Source: Paramecium tetraurelia (lineage: Eukaryota). Taken from it: a stretch of DNA of 64,000 nucleotides. Position 1 is the first letter of the stretch. The number at the start of each line of letters is the position of its first letter. The DNA is taken from positions 186,001 to 250,000 of the forward strand of contig CT868022.1 in NCBI GenBank assembly GCA_000165425.1, given 5' to 3'. The translations under genes and the position numbers were made by a program. Below are positions 43,221-57,449 of this stretch, one piece after another. A model generated the notes under the pieces. It saw nothing but the letters and a program-made list of their open reading frames with translations. It was not told the origin of the DNA and did no database searches.

Positions 43221-45022
43221 ATGTCAATTTATAAATTTTTAGCTTGGACATCTCCAGGGTTATAAAATATTTTAATTGAATAACTAGCCCAGTTCAATAT
43301 TTCAGCAAAACGGAGTAGATTACGTAAATCATTTTTAAAAGTCTAGCCATTTATCCAAGCTCAGCTGTGTTTTTTGAAACTTCTATGGACAACCTGAACA
43401 ATATATTGTACAAGCCTACATGCATTACATATCTGAATATTAGAATAAATAAACCTATACAAGCAAGAAACGTTAGGGAATTTATGAGGAATATGCAGAA
43501 GGTGTAAGTTCATCCTTACATTCCAATGAATGCGCATCTTGAAATTCGACTCAGCATTAAAAGATGCTTGAGGAATCATAGTGATAATTGGAGGGATGTA
43601 ATCAAGAATTATCTCTTGAATAATAATAAAACCAGGAAATTGCTGACTGAGAGAAAATAGCTACTATTGGGAAAGGAAGAACAACCATAAGATTATATCA
43701 GTGAGACATATTCGCCCAAGATTCCACTCTTAATAAATACGTATCTCTATCAGAATTACCTGACCATGTACGTTCAATTGCATCTCGAAAGTTTGCATAA
43801 ATTTGGATTCAAGAAATATATAGGGAAAGCAACATTATCTGAAAATATTGCTGATGCTCTGCTACATTATTGTGATATGAGAAAAGGAGTTACTGTGTGG
43901 GATCCATTTTGTGGTACAGGTACAATTATCTTGACCATGCTCATACGCAAATTTAATAAAAGCATAAGAAAAGGGATGTTTTTGCCTCTTTATCAAATGC
44001 CCATATTTAAGGATACTTTTGTTGATAATGAATTGAATGAGTTAGACATCAACATTTTGGCCAATGATATCAATGAACAATAGTTGAGAATTTTCTATAA
44101 AAACTTGGATTGGTTTAGCAATTTAAAAAGAATTATACGTCAATAATCACCACAATTAAGAAGTAAATCTTATGAAAATTTGAGCATTGCTTAATTAGAT
44201 TTTGTAAGCATGCACAAAGAATTCATCAAGGGCAAATTGTAAAAGGATGATTTGATTGTCATTACTAATCCTCCTTGGGGTAGGACAGTAAATTTGGATA
44301 AATTTAATAAAATGATAAAATTCTTAGAAACCAATTGCAATTAGTGTTATTTGTTGATTGCCAGTGATCAATTCTAGTTTTTTGATAAGAGAAAGTGGGA
44401 ATTATTGGCAGAGCCTTTAGTTGGGGGACAATGGACTAAAATTATTAGGTTTGACAGAAATAGAGAGATTCCACTTATTACATCATCAGAGATAGTTCCT
44501 AAAGAGAACAATTAAATCATCTCTTAATCCACAACGACAGATGTGATAGCAAAGGATCTCTCCTATTAGAGAGATATAGAAGAATATGAAAATAAAAAAA
44601 TTGTGGATTTATCAAAACATTTGGGAGCCCTTTCAAAAAAGTTGAATAATTAAGATTATTTGAAACACTTAAACAAGGAGACTCGAACTGTTGCAGAAAA
44701 GCATGCAGTATTTCTTAAGAAATTAAATATTGGAACAAAAACAAAAGTAAGATCAATAATGTTGAGGAGAGCAAATGATTTATATAAGACCAAAATAAGA
44801 AATTTAAATTTACAAATAAACAAAATTAGAGAACAAATTAAAAAGGAGAAAATAGAATTAAAGAAATAAGAAGTTAAAGACAAAGTAATCTTGGATAAAT
44901 ACTCTTTGAAATAAGAAGACTTAGAGAAGATTCAAAAGGTTTTGGATGAAAAGGCAAAGAAAAAGAGTTTGAAATTATTAAAATAAGAGAAAAAGAGATC
45001 TCAGACAATTCCAAGATGGTGA
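43221..45022 (+). CDS. THUMP/RlmL-like (UPF0020) RNA m2G methyltransferase with Lys-rich tail
   Basis: FLAWTSPGL N-terminus, ATLSENIA, WDPFCGTGTI SAM motif, ITNPPWG. Confidence 0.8.
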
Positions 45023-45043
45023 TATTAATATTTTATGTATATA

Positions 45044-46536
45044 TCAATGGCTTGATGATTAAGGATTACTACGTAATTGTCTAGCCTTGACTGGATGCTT
45101 GGCATGGTAGTCTTCAATTCTTTCCTCAATTTCTTCTCTATATGATCTGATCAATCCTTAAACTGGCCAAGCAGCAGCATCTCCGAGAGCACAAATAGTG
45201 TGTCCTTCAATTTAATATGTTAATTCCTTTCAATAAATAAGATTTAATGTACTTCTAATTAATCAATTTCAGCAAAATCAGCATTTCCAACTTTCATTCT
45301 TTCCAACAAATCAACCAACCATGAAGTACCTTCTCTGCAAGGTGTGCATTGACCACATGATTCATGTTTGTAGAATTTGCTCAATCTTAAGATGGCATCG
45401 ATAATATCAGTAGATTTATCAATGACAATGACAGCAGCAGTTCCCAATCCTGATCTAACATCTCTCAGAGCATCAAAGTCCATAAGCACTGTCTCACAGG
45501 TCTCCTTAGGTAACATAGGGACTGATGATCCTCCAGGAATAATGCATTTAAGATTGTCCCAGCCTCCTCTGACTCCTCCACAATGTCTTTCAATCAATTC
45601 TTTAAGGGGAATGGACATTTCTTCTTCAACAGTGCAAGGATTGTTAACGTGACCAGAAATACAGAATAATTTAGTGCCTCTATTGTTGGGTCTGCCAAAA
45701 GATGCAAACCAATTAGCCCCTCTTCTAAGAATGGTTGGACAAACTGAGACTGTTTCTACGTTAGTAACAGTAGTTGGACAACCCCACAAACCTGCATTAG
45801 CTGGGAAGGGTGGCTTGAGTCTTGGTTTTCCTGGCTTTCCTTCTAAGGATTCTATCAAACCCTATTAATTTTTATTAATTGATTACTGTTTCTTCCCCAC
45901 AAATGTAGGCACCTGCACCACTGTGAACATAAACATCGAAATCATATCCACTTCCGCATGCATTTTTACCCAAAAATCCCTTTTTATAGGCTTCATCCAC
46001 TGCTTATTACAAAGCATTGGCTTCTACCCAGAATTCTCCTCTGCAATATATGTATGCTGCTCTGGCTCTCATTGCAAATCCAACACACAAGGCTCCTTCT
46101 ACTAATTTATGAGGATCGTGTCTCAAGATTTCTCTGTCTTTGCATGTGCCTGGCTCAGATTCATCTGCATTTATAACCAAGTAAGAAGGTCTTAATTTGA
46201 TAATTGCATTAATCAACATACCTTCCATCTGGATTGACTTTTGGCATGAATGAGTATTTCAAACCACTTGGAAATCCAGCACCTCCTCTGCCTCTAAGAC
46301 CACTCTTTTTGATTTCATCTATAATCCAATCTTAACCCATAGTCAATATGTCCTTTGTTCTATGCCAGTCACCCTATGATAATGAATATTCTTACTCTTT
46401 TCAAGGCACCTTGAATATAAGGATCTCCATCGCGATAGACATTAGTAAAGATACGATCTTGATCTTTCAATCCTCCGTGATAGTATCTGGGTTGAGGGAC
46501 CCATCTCAGAAATAGCTGAGCTTATCTAATAATCAT
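45044..46536 (-). CDS. NDUFV1: NADH:ubiquinone oxidoreductase 51-kDa flavoprotein subunit
   Basis: [58 protein letters not shown]. Confidence 0.97.
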
Positions 46537-46560
46537 TTTAATAATAATAATTATGTTTAA

Positions 46561-47307
46561 TCATTAAATCAAAACTAATTTCCAATAGTTGTTCTTCCCC
46601 TCATTGTCATTTAAGCAAACCTACCTATTATGTGACAGCGATGCTTTTTTATTTAAGAAGGATAAGTATTTAGTAATTTCATTATGTTTCAATTCAAATA
46701 TTGCCCCATCTTTTAAAATGTTATCTTCAAATTCAATAGTCCAACATCTATTTGAACCATACCCACAATAAACTATGCCCTCTTCATCGAGCTCAGTTGC
46801 TAGAAGATATCTTCCTGTCAGAACATGTACCAACTGAATCATTACAAGTCAATTTACATCTATTTTATCCCCAGAACTAATGGGCAACTTGTCTGCCTCG
46901 AGATGCCATTCACAATAGCAACTCACTTCAGGATTAATGTTGGTTAAAGATACTTCATATGCATGGCTTCTTGTATTTGTTAGTCTCGTTATAATGATCT
47001 TAATACTTAATGGAATGCGACGAAAGTAATTTAGATAAGTAAACATTCAAGATTTAGAGTTTGTTATTCCCACTAATTGCACTTCCCAATATTAATGTTT
47101 GTCTCTACATTACTTAGAGTCCATTACTTGAGTCTCTGGATTCTGATAAAACTAGCTAGCTGTAAAAACCGAGCGATCATATTAAGAGTAAATTACGGAG
47201 TCCTCCTCAGGAATTACCGTGAAAGTTGCTCTTGGATTGGAACCTCTCGGATTGCTTTAGCATGGCCAATTGATAATGCCATCCCCCTTCTAACACACAG
47301 ATCCCAT
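46561..47307 (-). CDS. MIR (beta-trefoil) domain protein with N-terminal MGxxC
   Basis: ISSGDKID|LVHVLTGRYL and LKDGAIFELKHNEITKYL MIR-like motifs; introns needed, model approximate. Confidence 0.55.
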
Positions 47308-47482
47308 TTATTTTAATTAATTCTTATAGTTATGAGCAATTAACATTTCAATTTAAATCAATGTTATAATCATACTCTCCTACCATGTTCAAGGGATTCT
47401 TCCAAAACCTACTGGATGATTATTAGATTTATAAGATGATATAGAACAATAAAAATGTGAATCTTATTCAATCATTTCTTTT

Positions 47483-48624
47483 TCAACAAAAAATTAGATG
47501 TTATATCATATGCACCAGGTCCAGGCATATATGTATTTTCAGAGCAACTCTAAGATCTCTTCTCTCTTCCAAACACAATACTCACTTAAGGCTTCTTAAC
47601 TTTTATTTCGGTATCATATTCTCCTGGTCCCTAGAATTACTCAAATACTATACGGGTATCTATATCTTATTTTAACTATCTCTTTTAGCTTGTCCAAATA
47701 TTATGCTTTTGGTTTCTCTAAACTCCCCTATGGTATATGATTAGGGTCCAGGACCTGCATTTTCAGTCTTTTCCCTATATCTTTAATAGATGGAGTATTT
47801 GGGAGCATTACTAGGTTTGTTGGGTTTATAAGTTCCTGGTCCTGGCAACACCTCTAGTTTCGTATCTTATCTTTATCCTTTGCCTATTGTATATCCAACA
47901 CTTTCTTTGATTGCCTGGACTTCATAATTGGCAGGACCTGGAGATGTGGACTTCTAATAAATCCCCTCTCTCTTGCTAGTTCCAATTTTGAATGACTTAA
48001 CTCTTTCTTATCTGAGTTGCTCGTAGGCATCAGGACCAGGAGTGATCATGGATACGGTTTTTTCTCGACGTGGAATCATTTTAAATCCTCCGTCGGTTTT
48101 TAATAATGAAGGAATCTCGTATTGTCCAGGACCTACATGATTACTATAGATTTTTCCTGATCTGGTCTATTATCCAATGATATAAGAGGTAACATGATTT
48201 TTCATTATTAAATGATAATCTCCGGGTCCTGGTGACAATTTTTTTTCGTCCTTGTATCTTTTTTCGCTGCCAATTTTGAATCCTGTTCTGGAGAGCTGAG
48301 AAATTTCAACTTTGTAGGTTCCTGGACCTGGTTTCTGTTATGCTTCCTTGTCTATTTGATAAGCCTTTCCATAAATTAGGGTCTTTCGTTAAGATTCGGG
48401 CAATTTGACGTCGTATTATCCTGGGCCGGGAATGTTTTTGATGATGGGTATCTCTCTGGAGTTAGTTCCACTCATTGTCCATCTGGGTGCATTTGCATGT
48501 GAAACCTCCATTTTAGGTTCGTAGCTTGCTGGGCCTGGAAGACCTTGATTGGTTGTGGTTGTGTGATCTAAAGAAATATGAAGGAGAAAGAACTTCTTTT
48601 GGAATTTCTTGATGGGGCCGACAT
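47483..48624 (-). CDS. SHIPPO/STPG (PGPGxY) repeat protein, ODF3-like axonemal protein
   Basis: About 10 repeats such as LPGPASY, IPGPGQY, KPGPGTY, SPGPGDY, each followed by F/Y-x-I-G segments. Confidence 0.88.
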
Positions 48625-48778
48625 AAGCAAATTAAATGCTATTATATTGTCAGATAAATAAATATCTAATTAATTTATTGAGTTGTTAGAAAAAAGTATA
48701 AATGTTAGGAGTTAGAAACTTTTAGTGTTTAAAAACCCAAAAATTTAATATTAATTAATAAATTGCGTTTTACGTAGT

Positions 48779-50407
48779 ATGAGTTCTCCATAAGAAGGTG
48801 ATATTAAATTAGTAAAGGCATTGATGTAATTAAGGACTAAGACGCCTTCCGTAGTGGTCTACAGATCTTGGGTAATCTGCTGAAGGAGAACTTGGATCTC
48901 CTGGACACCTTCGCCAAACTCTTTAGGAAGATGTAGTCAATCAATGAATTTTTCGATCTTTATGAAGCGTTACATTATGAACTGAAAATAAGGTGCGAAG
49001 AAACCTTAGTCATCATCGGTTAACTCGACAATCCCTCTCTCCTCGAGAAAAGCAACGAAATACCTAACATCATTACCAATGATCAAAAGCCATCAATCCA
49101 AGAGTATAAATTAATAGATACGCAAATATATGACTTGGTACTTGACATAAACATGAGTTCATCATGGAAGGTAGTTGTTAATCCACTATTTCAAGTTGTT
49201 GGTGAACAACAATGAGCTCAAAGGTGCTAGAGTTGCAGTTCTTGGTTTATACGACAAAGGTAAAACGCACATTCTAAACCAATTAACAAATCAAAATCTA
49301 CCCACAGGATCCAAAATAACAACCAAAGGAGTCAGTTTAAAATAATGCATCGTTGACAAAAACAATTCATTTGTGTTGATAGATACAGCTGGTAGTTATG
49401 CACCTGAAAATCTTAAAAATCTGAAAGAAAAATAATAAATTGAAAATGCAATCCTTGAAATTTCATTCGAACTGACAGACTACTTTATATGTGTCGTAAA
49501 TGATTTTACAAGCATTGAAGTTAGATATCTTGATTAGTTAGCTCGTAAATTAAGCACCTCTCTTAAATAATTTAAGGAAATAATTGTAATACACAATCTC
49601 AAAGATATCACTAATCCAAATCTCATTCAACATGTTTGGTCAGTCCAAATTGAAAAAATATTAGAAGGGAATATCTAGAAATCAACTGTCGAAGCCATGA
49701 ATCCCTTTACCAATCAATTGGAAGAAAAGTCTGTTATGTGGTTTAATACTGAAACAAGTAGACACATCTGCATTGTAAATGACAATTCAGATTTGGGTAA
49801 GAGTATTAATCCATGGACTTACAGTCTCCTTAAATATTGGCTTAAACTTGTAGTTGTCCCTCATCAAAGTAAAATATTAAAATATAATGACATTGTTGAT
49901 GTTTGTTAACTGAAAATGAGTAATCTCTTAAAAAAACAAATTAAATTAACTGTTCAAGACACCCATTTACCCAATGAAAAAAGGATCCTCAAATAATAAG
50001 CAACATCACCCAAATTCAATCTAACCTTAACTACTCCAAAATTGACATCAACACCTATCAACATTGAAAACGAAGAAGCTGAGGAGTATGAGCCATCAAT
50101 AGACATTATTCAAGGAACTCAATATATAATACTGATTGATCTGCCTGGGGTTTACCTGGAAGAAGTTGAAATCTATAGATAGAATGTTACGACCATAGTT
50201 AGAGGGCATAAGAAGATTTCGATGTATACTAATAAATCGACTTATCTTAAATAAGAAAGAAAGTACGGTCCCTTTGATCTAAGATTTAAAATTCCAGATG
50301 AATATGATCCTAAATGGAAATACTATGGCATGAATAATGGAGTTCTTGGGATTATTTATACTCTTGATTCTGAAGAGTCAATTCTACCAAAAAAGAATTA
50401 ATTTTGA
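48779..50407 (+). CDS. P-loop GTPase domain fused to C-terminal HSP20/alpha-crystallin domain
   Basis: VAVLGLYDKGKT (G1), TTKG, LIDTAG (G3); C-terminal PSIDII..LIDLPGV..ERKYGPFDLRFKIP..NNGVLGI. Confidence 0.8.
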
Positions 50408-51404
50408 TTTTTCTATTCATATAATTATTAATAATGTATGATCTTCCTATTGTATAGATTGGAAATAGCAAATTGATAAATGTGATTGATTTTTGACATT
50501 TTAAGCATAGTTTCACCATTATATGAAATAAAAATAGACGTTTCTTATTCTAAAAAATTCTAGTTTATTAAAGTGCTATCTTTTTGATTGAGGTTTTCCA
50601 AAATAGTAAATGTAGTTTTCAAATATAATATAAAATACAGTTTACTTAAAAGTTGGATTTTAATATTTTAACCCACTATTATAAATATTGAATATCTTCT
50701 TTCTTCCCTATCTCTATCCCTTTTTTTTTGATAAAATCTTCAATTCTATTAATAAACAATTTAATGATCAAAAAGTAAAAGCTGAATTGTAATTTTCTAT
50801 TTTTGATACAAATATAAATCTAAACGGAAGTTATGATTCTGTACAATAGAACTTTATCAAAATTATTAAAAGATGGTATTAGTTACTTCTAAGATATTCA
50901 AGAAATGTAAAGTATCAGTAATTAGATTTATTCCATTGAAAACTAAATCCAGAAGTATTAAATTATCTTTAGAAAATACTAATTAGTTATAGAATAGTAA
51001 TAACTATTTGAATATGTTGTGATATTTATGCATTTATAATTAGTATTCAGCATTAGAGTATATGTTTAGATTTGAAAATGAAAATATTAAGTTAAATTGC
51101 AAAGATTAATCAAAAGTAAAATTGATCATTTATAATGATCAATAAATTTTCTTCTAAAACATCATAAGAATTATTAAATCTATCATTTACTGCTGATATT
51201 TATTAGATTTAGATAAATAATTACAGATTTAACAATAAAAGCTAAAGTACATAGCATCATATGCTATTTAAGTTTAAAGGAATCAATCAGTTATAGAATC
51301 CAATCAATGATGGGTATTTCTTTTCAAATGGCATTCAATATTTCGATAAAGTCTGTAAATTTATAATTATTTACATAGATTATTTGATTTATTTATAAAA
51401 TAAA

Positions 51405-54400
51405 ATGTACACCAACACTGCATGGATGCTCGATGGGGCATTTTGTTGGGTTTCGATTGATGAGGAATATTCAAGAGGACACATCTAAAAGTTGCTCAAT
51501 TAGAGAAGTGTTGCTAGAGTAAATTTAGCAGACAACAAAACTATAGATGTACCTGTTAATTAGATTTTAAGAGCAAGTAATAGCAAAGCTATAGATCTAA
51601 CTGAATTGCCACATATAAGTGAACCAGAAGTCTTATTTAAGATAAAAAACACAATTTATTTAGATAGGCAGATCCTCTTGTAAAGTGTAAATACTTCATT
51701 AGCAGATTTTGTGCAATATAAAAAATATATTGATGAGAGATTGATTGTGAGTTCCATTCCACCTCACATCTTTTCGACGTTATTTTATGCGTATCAAAAT
51801 TTAGATATAGGCAAAAATTCGCAGATTATTGTAACGGGAAACAAAGGATATGGCAAAACTTCAATTATTAATGATATGATGAATTTTCTGAATAAAGACA
51901 CAATCATGTATTACAACCTAATAAAATCATTTATAACAGACAACAATGGCCATACTCAAGGAGTGATTAATTATAGATTCATTTATAAATAAAGAAGACT
52001 GATTGGACTTCTATTTCAATCATATTATGTCAATTTGGCTGAGTATTAGAATGCTTCATTCTTCACGCAGAAATGGGAGGAATTACAAAATGCAGAGATT
52101 CTTAAATTAATCCAGACTGAAAAAATTGAGAATGCAAAACAATTTTAAAATATGTTTGAAAAGATAATCCTGATAATCAATGGGCTGGTTCAATTGAATG
52201 ACAACATATAAATGATCAGCATATTGGAGTATCCAGGAAGGTCAGATCAATTGTCGGAGTACATCTAAGAAAAGATTGAATAAATATATATCTAGAGTGT
52301 GTTTAAGAATTGTTAGAACTAATTAATCTAAGATCAATTGCATGAATTAAATAAGCAAATTTCATTTGAAGACAATTTATCCGTATTGGAGGAGCTAGAA
52401 ACTAAAGTGTAGATACCCTCCAATATCAGTAAGCTGAATAACATAATGACCAAGGATACTTAGATGCTATTCATAAGGGTCATTCAAAACAAATAGGATT
52501 TAGTGCAATTTAGAATCTTCGACTCAATTAAGTTCTTTAAAAATAGCTATCCCTATCGATTAACATTTAATGACTTTTATTAAAGATACCATCATCTTGA
52601 TGTATTCAATAAAAAGATTTCTCTTTAAAAGCATATCAATAGCAATTAAGACATGAAAGCGTTAGTCACTGAAATATGTAAGCGATTGACATAGTCAAAG
52701 GGATTAGTATTTGGGTAGTCTTAAGTTTACTTCAAAAAGGAAGCCATTGAAAATTTAAATAAGTTGTTATGTAATTACAATTTAAAACTGAGTGTTTTTG
52801 CTAAAATTATTTAAAGAGCATATAGAATTAGATAATTTAGAAAAGTAATATTGGCTTGTGTTAAGAAAATTGCAAAAACCAAATCAATTGAATAATAGGT
52901 CATATCTGAGAGTGAGTTGGCACAAATAGAGAATGAAATTAGAAAATAGAGCTAATCTTAGGTAAGAGAAGAGAAAGAAGAGGAAATTATAATTGAAGTT
53001 TCAGACGATGAATCTTATATGCTGCTTGAGAAAACTTAATAAGAAGAATATAAGAAGTTAAAGAAGGAACATATAAAAAAGAAATAGCATAGTCTAATAA
53101 ATGGGTAAATCTATGAAGAAGTTTCAGATGTAGCCTATAGTCTATTAACTTAAGAATAATAAATACAGAGGAAGGATAACATTAATAAGAAGAAGATAGA
53201 ATAATAATTGAAGGAATTGGAAGTAATATCAAACGAAGCATCTGACCCTGAATCTTTTTAATTATTGACATAGGAATAGAAATTTCAGTACTTAATTATG
53301 AAAAAACAAAATCAAACATAAGTTGCATATAGATTGTTGGATCAAAATCAATAATTGAAAATTAAATAATAAAGAAGACTAAATAAAATAAAAGATTTTA
53401 AATAAAAGTATTATGATTAATTGGAGCCATTCTTAAGTGATTTAGAGGCATTCAAATAATTAACGATTGGATAGTAGAATGAATACAAGAAGAAAAAATT
53501 ATAAAATTAAAAGAATGTTGCTTTATCATTATTAAGTGAGCAATAATAACAAAACAGGAGACAATATTTAGTCTAATAAAGGCCAAGACAAATTTAGAAA
53601 AAAAGATTCTTGATGGAAGATCCTCTATCAGATTAAGAGGCATTTCTTTTGTTGGAGCCAATATAAAAAGAGAAATATAAATAAGAAAAGTTGAAATTTA
53701 AACCATTACTGCTCTTGTAAAGTAAGGCCAGATTTGGTGTTGATGTGGAAGTATCAGATCCTGAATCATTTAAATTACTTGACAACAATAAAGACACCTA
53801 TATTAGATACAAGGAAAAATTAAGATTGTGTAAAGACATATCAGATATCGAGGCATATCTTTCCATAGATGATGTAAATCAGTATCTTCAATTAAAGAAG
53901 GAAGGTCAGAGTGGGATTGCCAAATAAATGGCTAATCCTAAGAAATATGAAGAATTGTATCAATTAAGATTATAAGCCTAATAGAGATTGGATGAATTGG
54001 GATTGGTTAGATATGATTTATTGGATTCTATTGCTTTTAATCTTTTAAATGAAAAACAATGGAACTAAAGAAGACAACAATTAAATGATTATTATCAAAG
54101 GAAGAAAAGCATGAATGACATCGGCAACTTTTGTTATGATTTAGACTCTTTGGCTTATAAGGCCTTGACCATTGAGAAGAAAAATGAGAGAAAGCAGAAG
54201 GAAAAGATGTAGATTCTTTTAAAAAACATCATAAACCCAATCTTATTTGAAAACCATTTGCATCCTAATTCTAGTGTGGCATTTAGATTATTGCAGAATA
54301 AGGATGCTGTCTATGGTAGAGTCTCATTAGCATATATCTTATTGAAAGATAAGACTGTTAGAGATTAACAATTGAAGGAACTCCAGGTTTATGATTGGGA

Positions 54401-56632
54401 AGACGTTAATAGTTTACAATAGAAATAACAATTGCTATAGGAAAAGATTAACGTTTATGAATAGGAGAAGGAGAATTTGAAGAAGGAGGAGTTTTCGGAT
54501 TATGAAGCTTACAAATTATTGGATGAGGATTAGTTGTTGGACTATCAAGCAAATGCTTATTCTTTTCTTGATGATGAATAGAAGCAAGTTCACAGAAGAA
54601 TCATCAAGGCTAAATTAATATCGAATTAAATTCATTCAGATTTAGATTCATTCGAAATGCTTAGTGATGACTCAAAAGAGAAGTATAAATAGATGAAGAT
54701 GGGGGATGTTTCTGACTATTGTGCTTTTGAGATGTTGGAAGAGAAGATGGAGTACTGGAAATAAAAATAAAGAAAGAGAGAATTATTAGAATAAATAGAG
54801 ACTCAGGGATTCAAAATATATTTTGGGGCAACACCACAAGTGATGATAAAGTGTGAATATGAAAAGTTTGTAAAACAGAAGTTGGCCATTCAACAAAAGA
54901 TTAAGGATGAGGAGATGAGCTTTTTGAAATAACTTTAGCAAGAATAGATAGAGTAATAGAAGAAATCAGAAATTAAAAAGACCTTCATAATACAGAGACT
55001 GATCCAGAATCCAAAATCGTAACCATATATAATATATGAAAATTGCTAATTGAATAAGAGAATCTTGGACATTAGATCAGCTCCAGACAAGAATTTGGGT
55101 TTCTTTTTGGACAAGGAATTTATGGCTAGAATGGAGAAGCACAAATTTTATGATTATTGCTAACAAGTATTGAATCACGAAGGTAAATAAGTTCAAAAAA
55201 TTATGAAGTGTTAAAGTGAAAATCTGAAACACCCATTGACTAAGCTATAAAATGAAACTACTGCTCTCAATGTGTTTCGTAGTATTACCAAATTTGCCCA
55301 TATGAAAAGATCTCGTCAATCAGCAAAGTAGCATTTAGAGAAAATTTTATGCGCATTGATCGGGAATGACGCATAGATTGAATTACCTCCAGCTCCAAAG
55401 AGTCTGCTCAAAGCCAAAACAATTGATATTGATGCTTTAAAAAAATCAATCTAATTAGAGACTGCAGGGAGAAGATTCAGCAACTAAGAAGATTATGAAT
55501 GCAATCAAGAAAATAGAGAAGAGATACTATTACAGATATTTAAATAAATTGAAGGGAATAAAAAAGAACACTTGCATCATTTATTGAGATTATGCATTGT
55601 CATCACTCATTGTATTTCATATTATCATCCTATTCCTTATATTTAGTATTTGGTGGACAAAATTGAGAACCCAGAAAATAAATTGTTTAAGGACCCTGAG
55701 ATTTATAAGTACTGTAAGTAATTAATTAAGAATCTTGCTCTCAATACAAATGAACAAGTGTTTAAAAATGAAATAAAAATACCATTATGTCCTAGGAAGT
55801 ATCTTCCAAAAGCAGATGAAATCTAATTGATGTTTGAATGTAAATAATCAATAGTGAAATTATTTATTCATAGTGACACTCCTATATGGGTTGAAGTAGA
55901 TCATCATTTCAGTGTGAAATCAGTTATTAGAAGTGCATGTAATTATGTAGGATAATAAAACAATTGGAATCACTTTGGATTAATTGTGGTGCACTCCAAA
56001 TTTGACAACATCTACAATACCACTTGGCTCGATGAATCTGCTAATTTCTTTGACATTCTCAATAAACTTGAATTTCAAGAGGAAATTAACAACAATGTGT
56101 ATAAGTTGAATAAAAGATTTGAAATCTATTTGACTATCAAAGAATTTTTTTAATTCAATAAATAAGATTAGGATATCCTTGACCTTGTCTTTTATTAAAT
56201 GGTCTTCGATGTAAAAAGAAACAAGATTCAATTAAAGGCTGAAGACTTGTTAATTTTGTCAGAATTGGAAATGTATATCAGATACGGCGATAACATCAAT
56301 AATTAGAAGTATAATTTATAAGATAAAAATATGGCAAAGTATTGTAACCATTAATACATAGGCTTGAGTATTTAAAAATATTGCGATTAGCTGATAGCAA
56401 TTCAATTCCAGATATAATAATTTGATATAAATAATATGATGTCATTTATTACATTAAAGTAATTCAATTTCTTATTTCACCAAGATAAGAGATGTGTAAA
56501 ATTCAGTCAAATTCTTAGTTATTCTTTCATTTAATGTTTGAAGTTAGTCATATAAACTTAATTAACTTCAAGCATTTATTTAGTTTCTTTGACTAAATTC
56601 ATATTACGAATTTAGATAATAATAATTTATGA
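51405..56632 (+). CDS. Highly divergent myosin-like protein: degenerate short motor, IQ, repeat-rich coiled region, MyTH4-FERM-like tail (3' end approximate)
   Basis: DLTELPHISEPEVL, PPHIF, QIIVTGNKGYGKT, YPYRLTFNDFYQRY, FGQSQVYFK, IIQRAYR; REEILLQIFKQI and PRKYLPKADEI (MyTH4-like). Confidence 0.8.
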
Positions 56633-56715
56633 GAATTATGGATTATTTAAGAAATTAGTTCATAAATAGTTGCTTGCTTTCTAAATATATATATATATAT
56701 ATAAAGATAGAATAA

Positions 56716-57419
56716 TCATGATGATGGTTTTGTCTGTAACTGTAAGATCTTCTCAAATTAGGATTAGATTTTCTGTTTTTCCTTGACTTACATGATTTAT
56801 TTTCCAGATTTCAGATTATTTTAAGTTTATCCAGAATTTTCATAGGTTGGCTTGTTGCCAAAATTTTGTAAATCGGAAATGGTGAAATCGGTGTACTGCT
56901 TATTTCTAACTTTATCTTCTGTTTTTTTGAATTCCATATTGATGATATCAAATATTTGTTCTGTTTCTTCTTATTCATAATCCCACCAACCATCTAGCCA
57001 GCCCTTCGATTCTAATTCAGGATAGACGTATCCATATTTTCTTTTCATTTCTACCATTCTTCTTGGTATGGCAACGTTATGAATATACCAAAGTAAGACT
57101 AAGGCAAATCCCATTGGATAGATGAAAGCAAAAGTGAATTTTTTAGGAGTCATTCTAGGAGACCAGAGAATGGAATTTTTATATTTTTCCAGCTATTCAA
57201 TTTAATCTGCAACAGCCAACTCATATGGTATTTTGTAGGGATTGGTCATTGAATTTCCTCCTTTTATTCTAAGCTTAGGATTCTTATTCATAACGTGCAA
57301 CACAATTGCTTTTCTAGTCTAGATTTACATTGAACAATTACTTCGACAGGCAAATTAGCCTGATAATCATAAATAGTCGGTGTTTTGATGAGTACCTTTT
57401 TAGGATTTAATTTAAACAT
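56716..57419 (-). CDS. Single-pass membrane protein of unknown function (possibly mitochondrial)
   Basis: One 23-nt intron; TM FTFAFIYPMGFALVLLWYI; ends TKPSS*. Confidence 0.7.
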
Positions 57420-57449
57420 AATTATTAATTAAATAAAATACAATAGATA

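Noticed and set aside
47483..48560. Recurring CCAGGACC/CCTGGACC words as a CRISPR-like array
   Set aside because: They are the codons of PGPG protein repeats with synonymous variation.
56684..56703. (TA)n run as an IES or element end
   Set aside because: Simple microsatellite between convergent genes with no paired IES-like ends.
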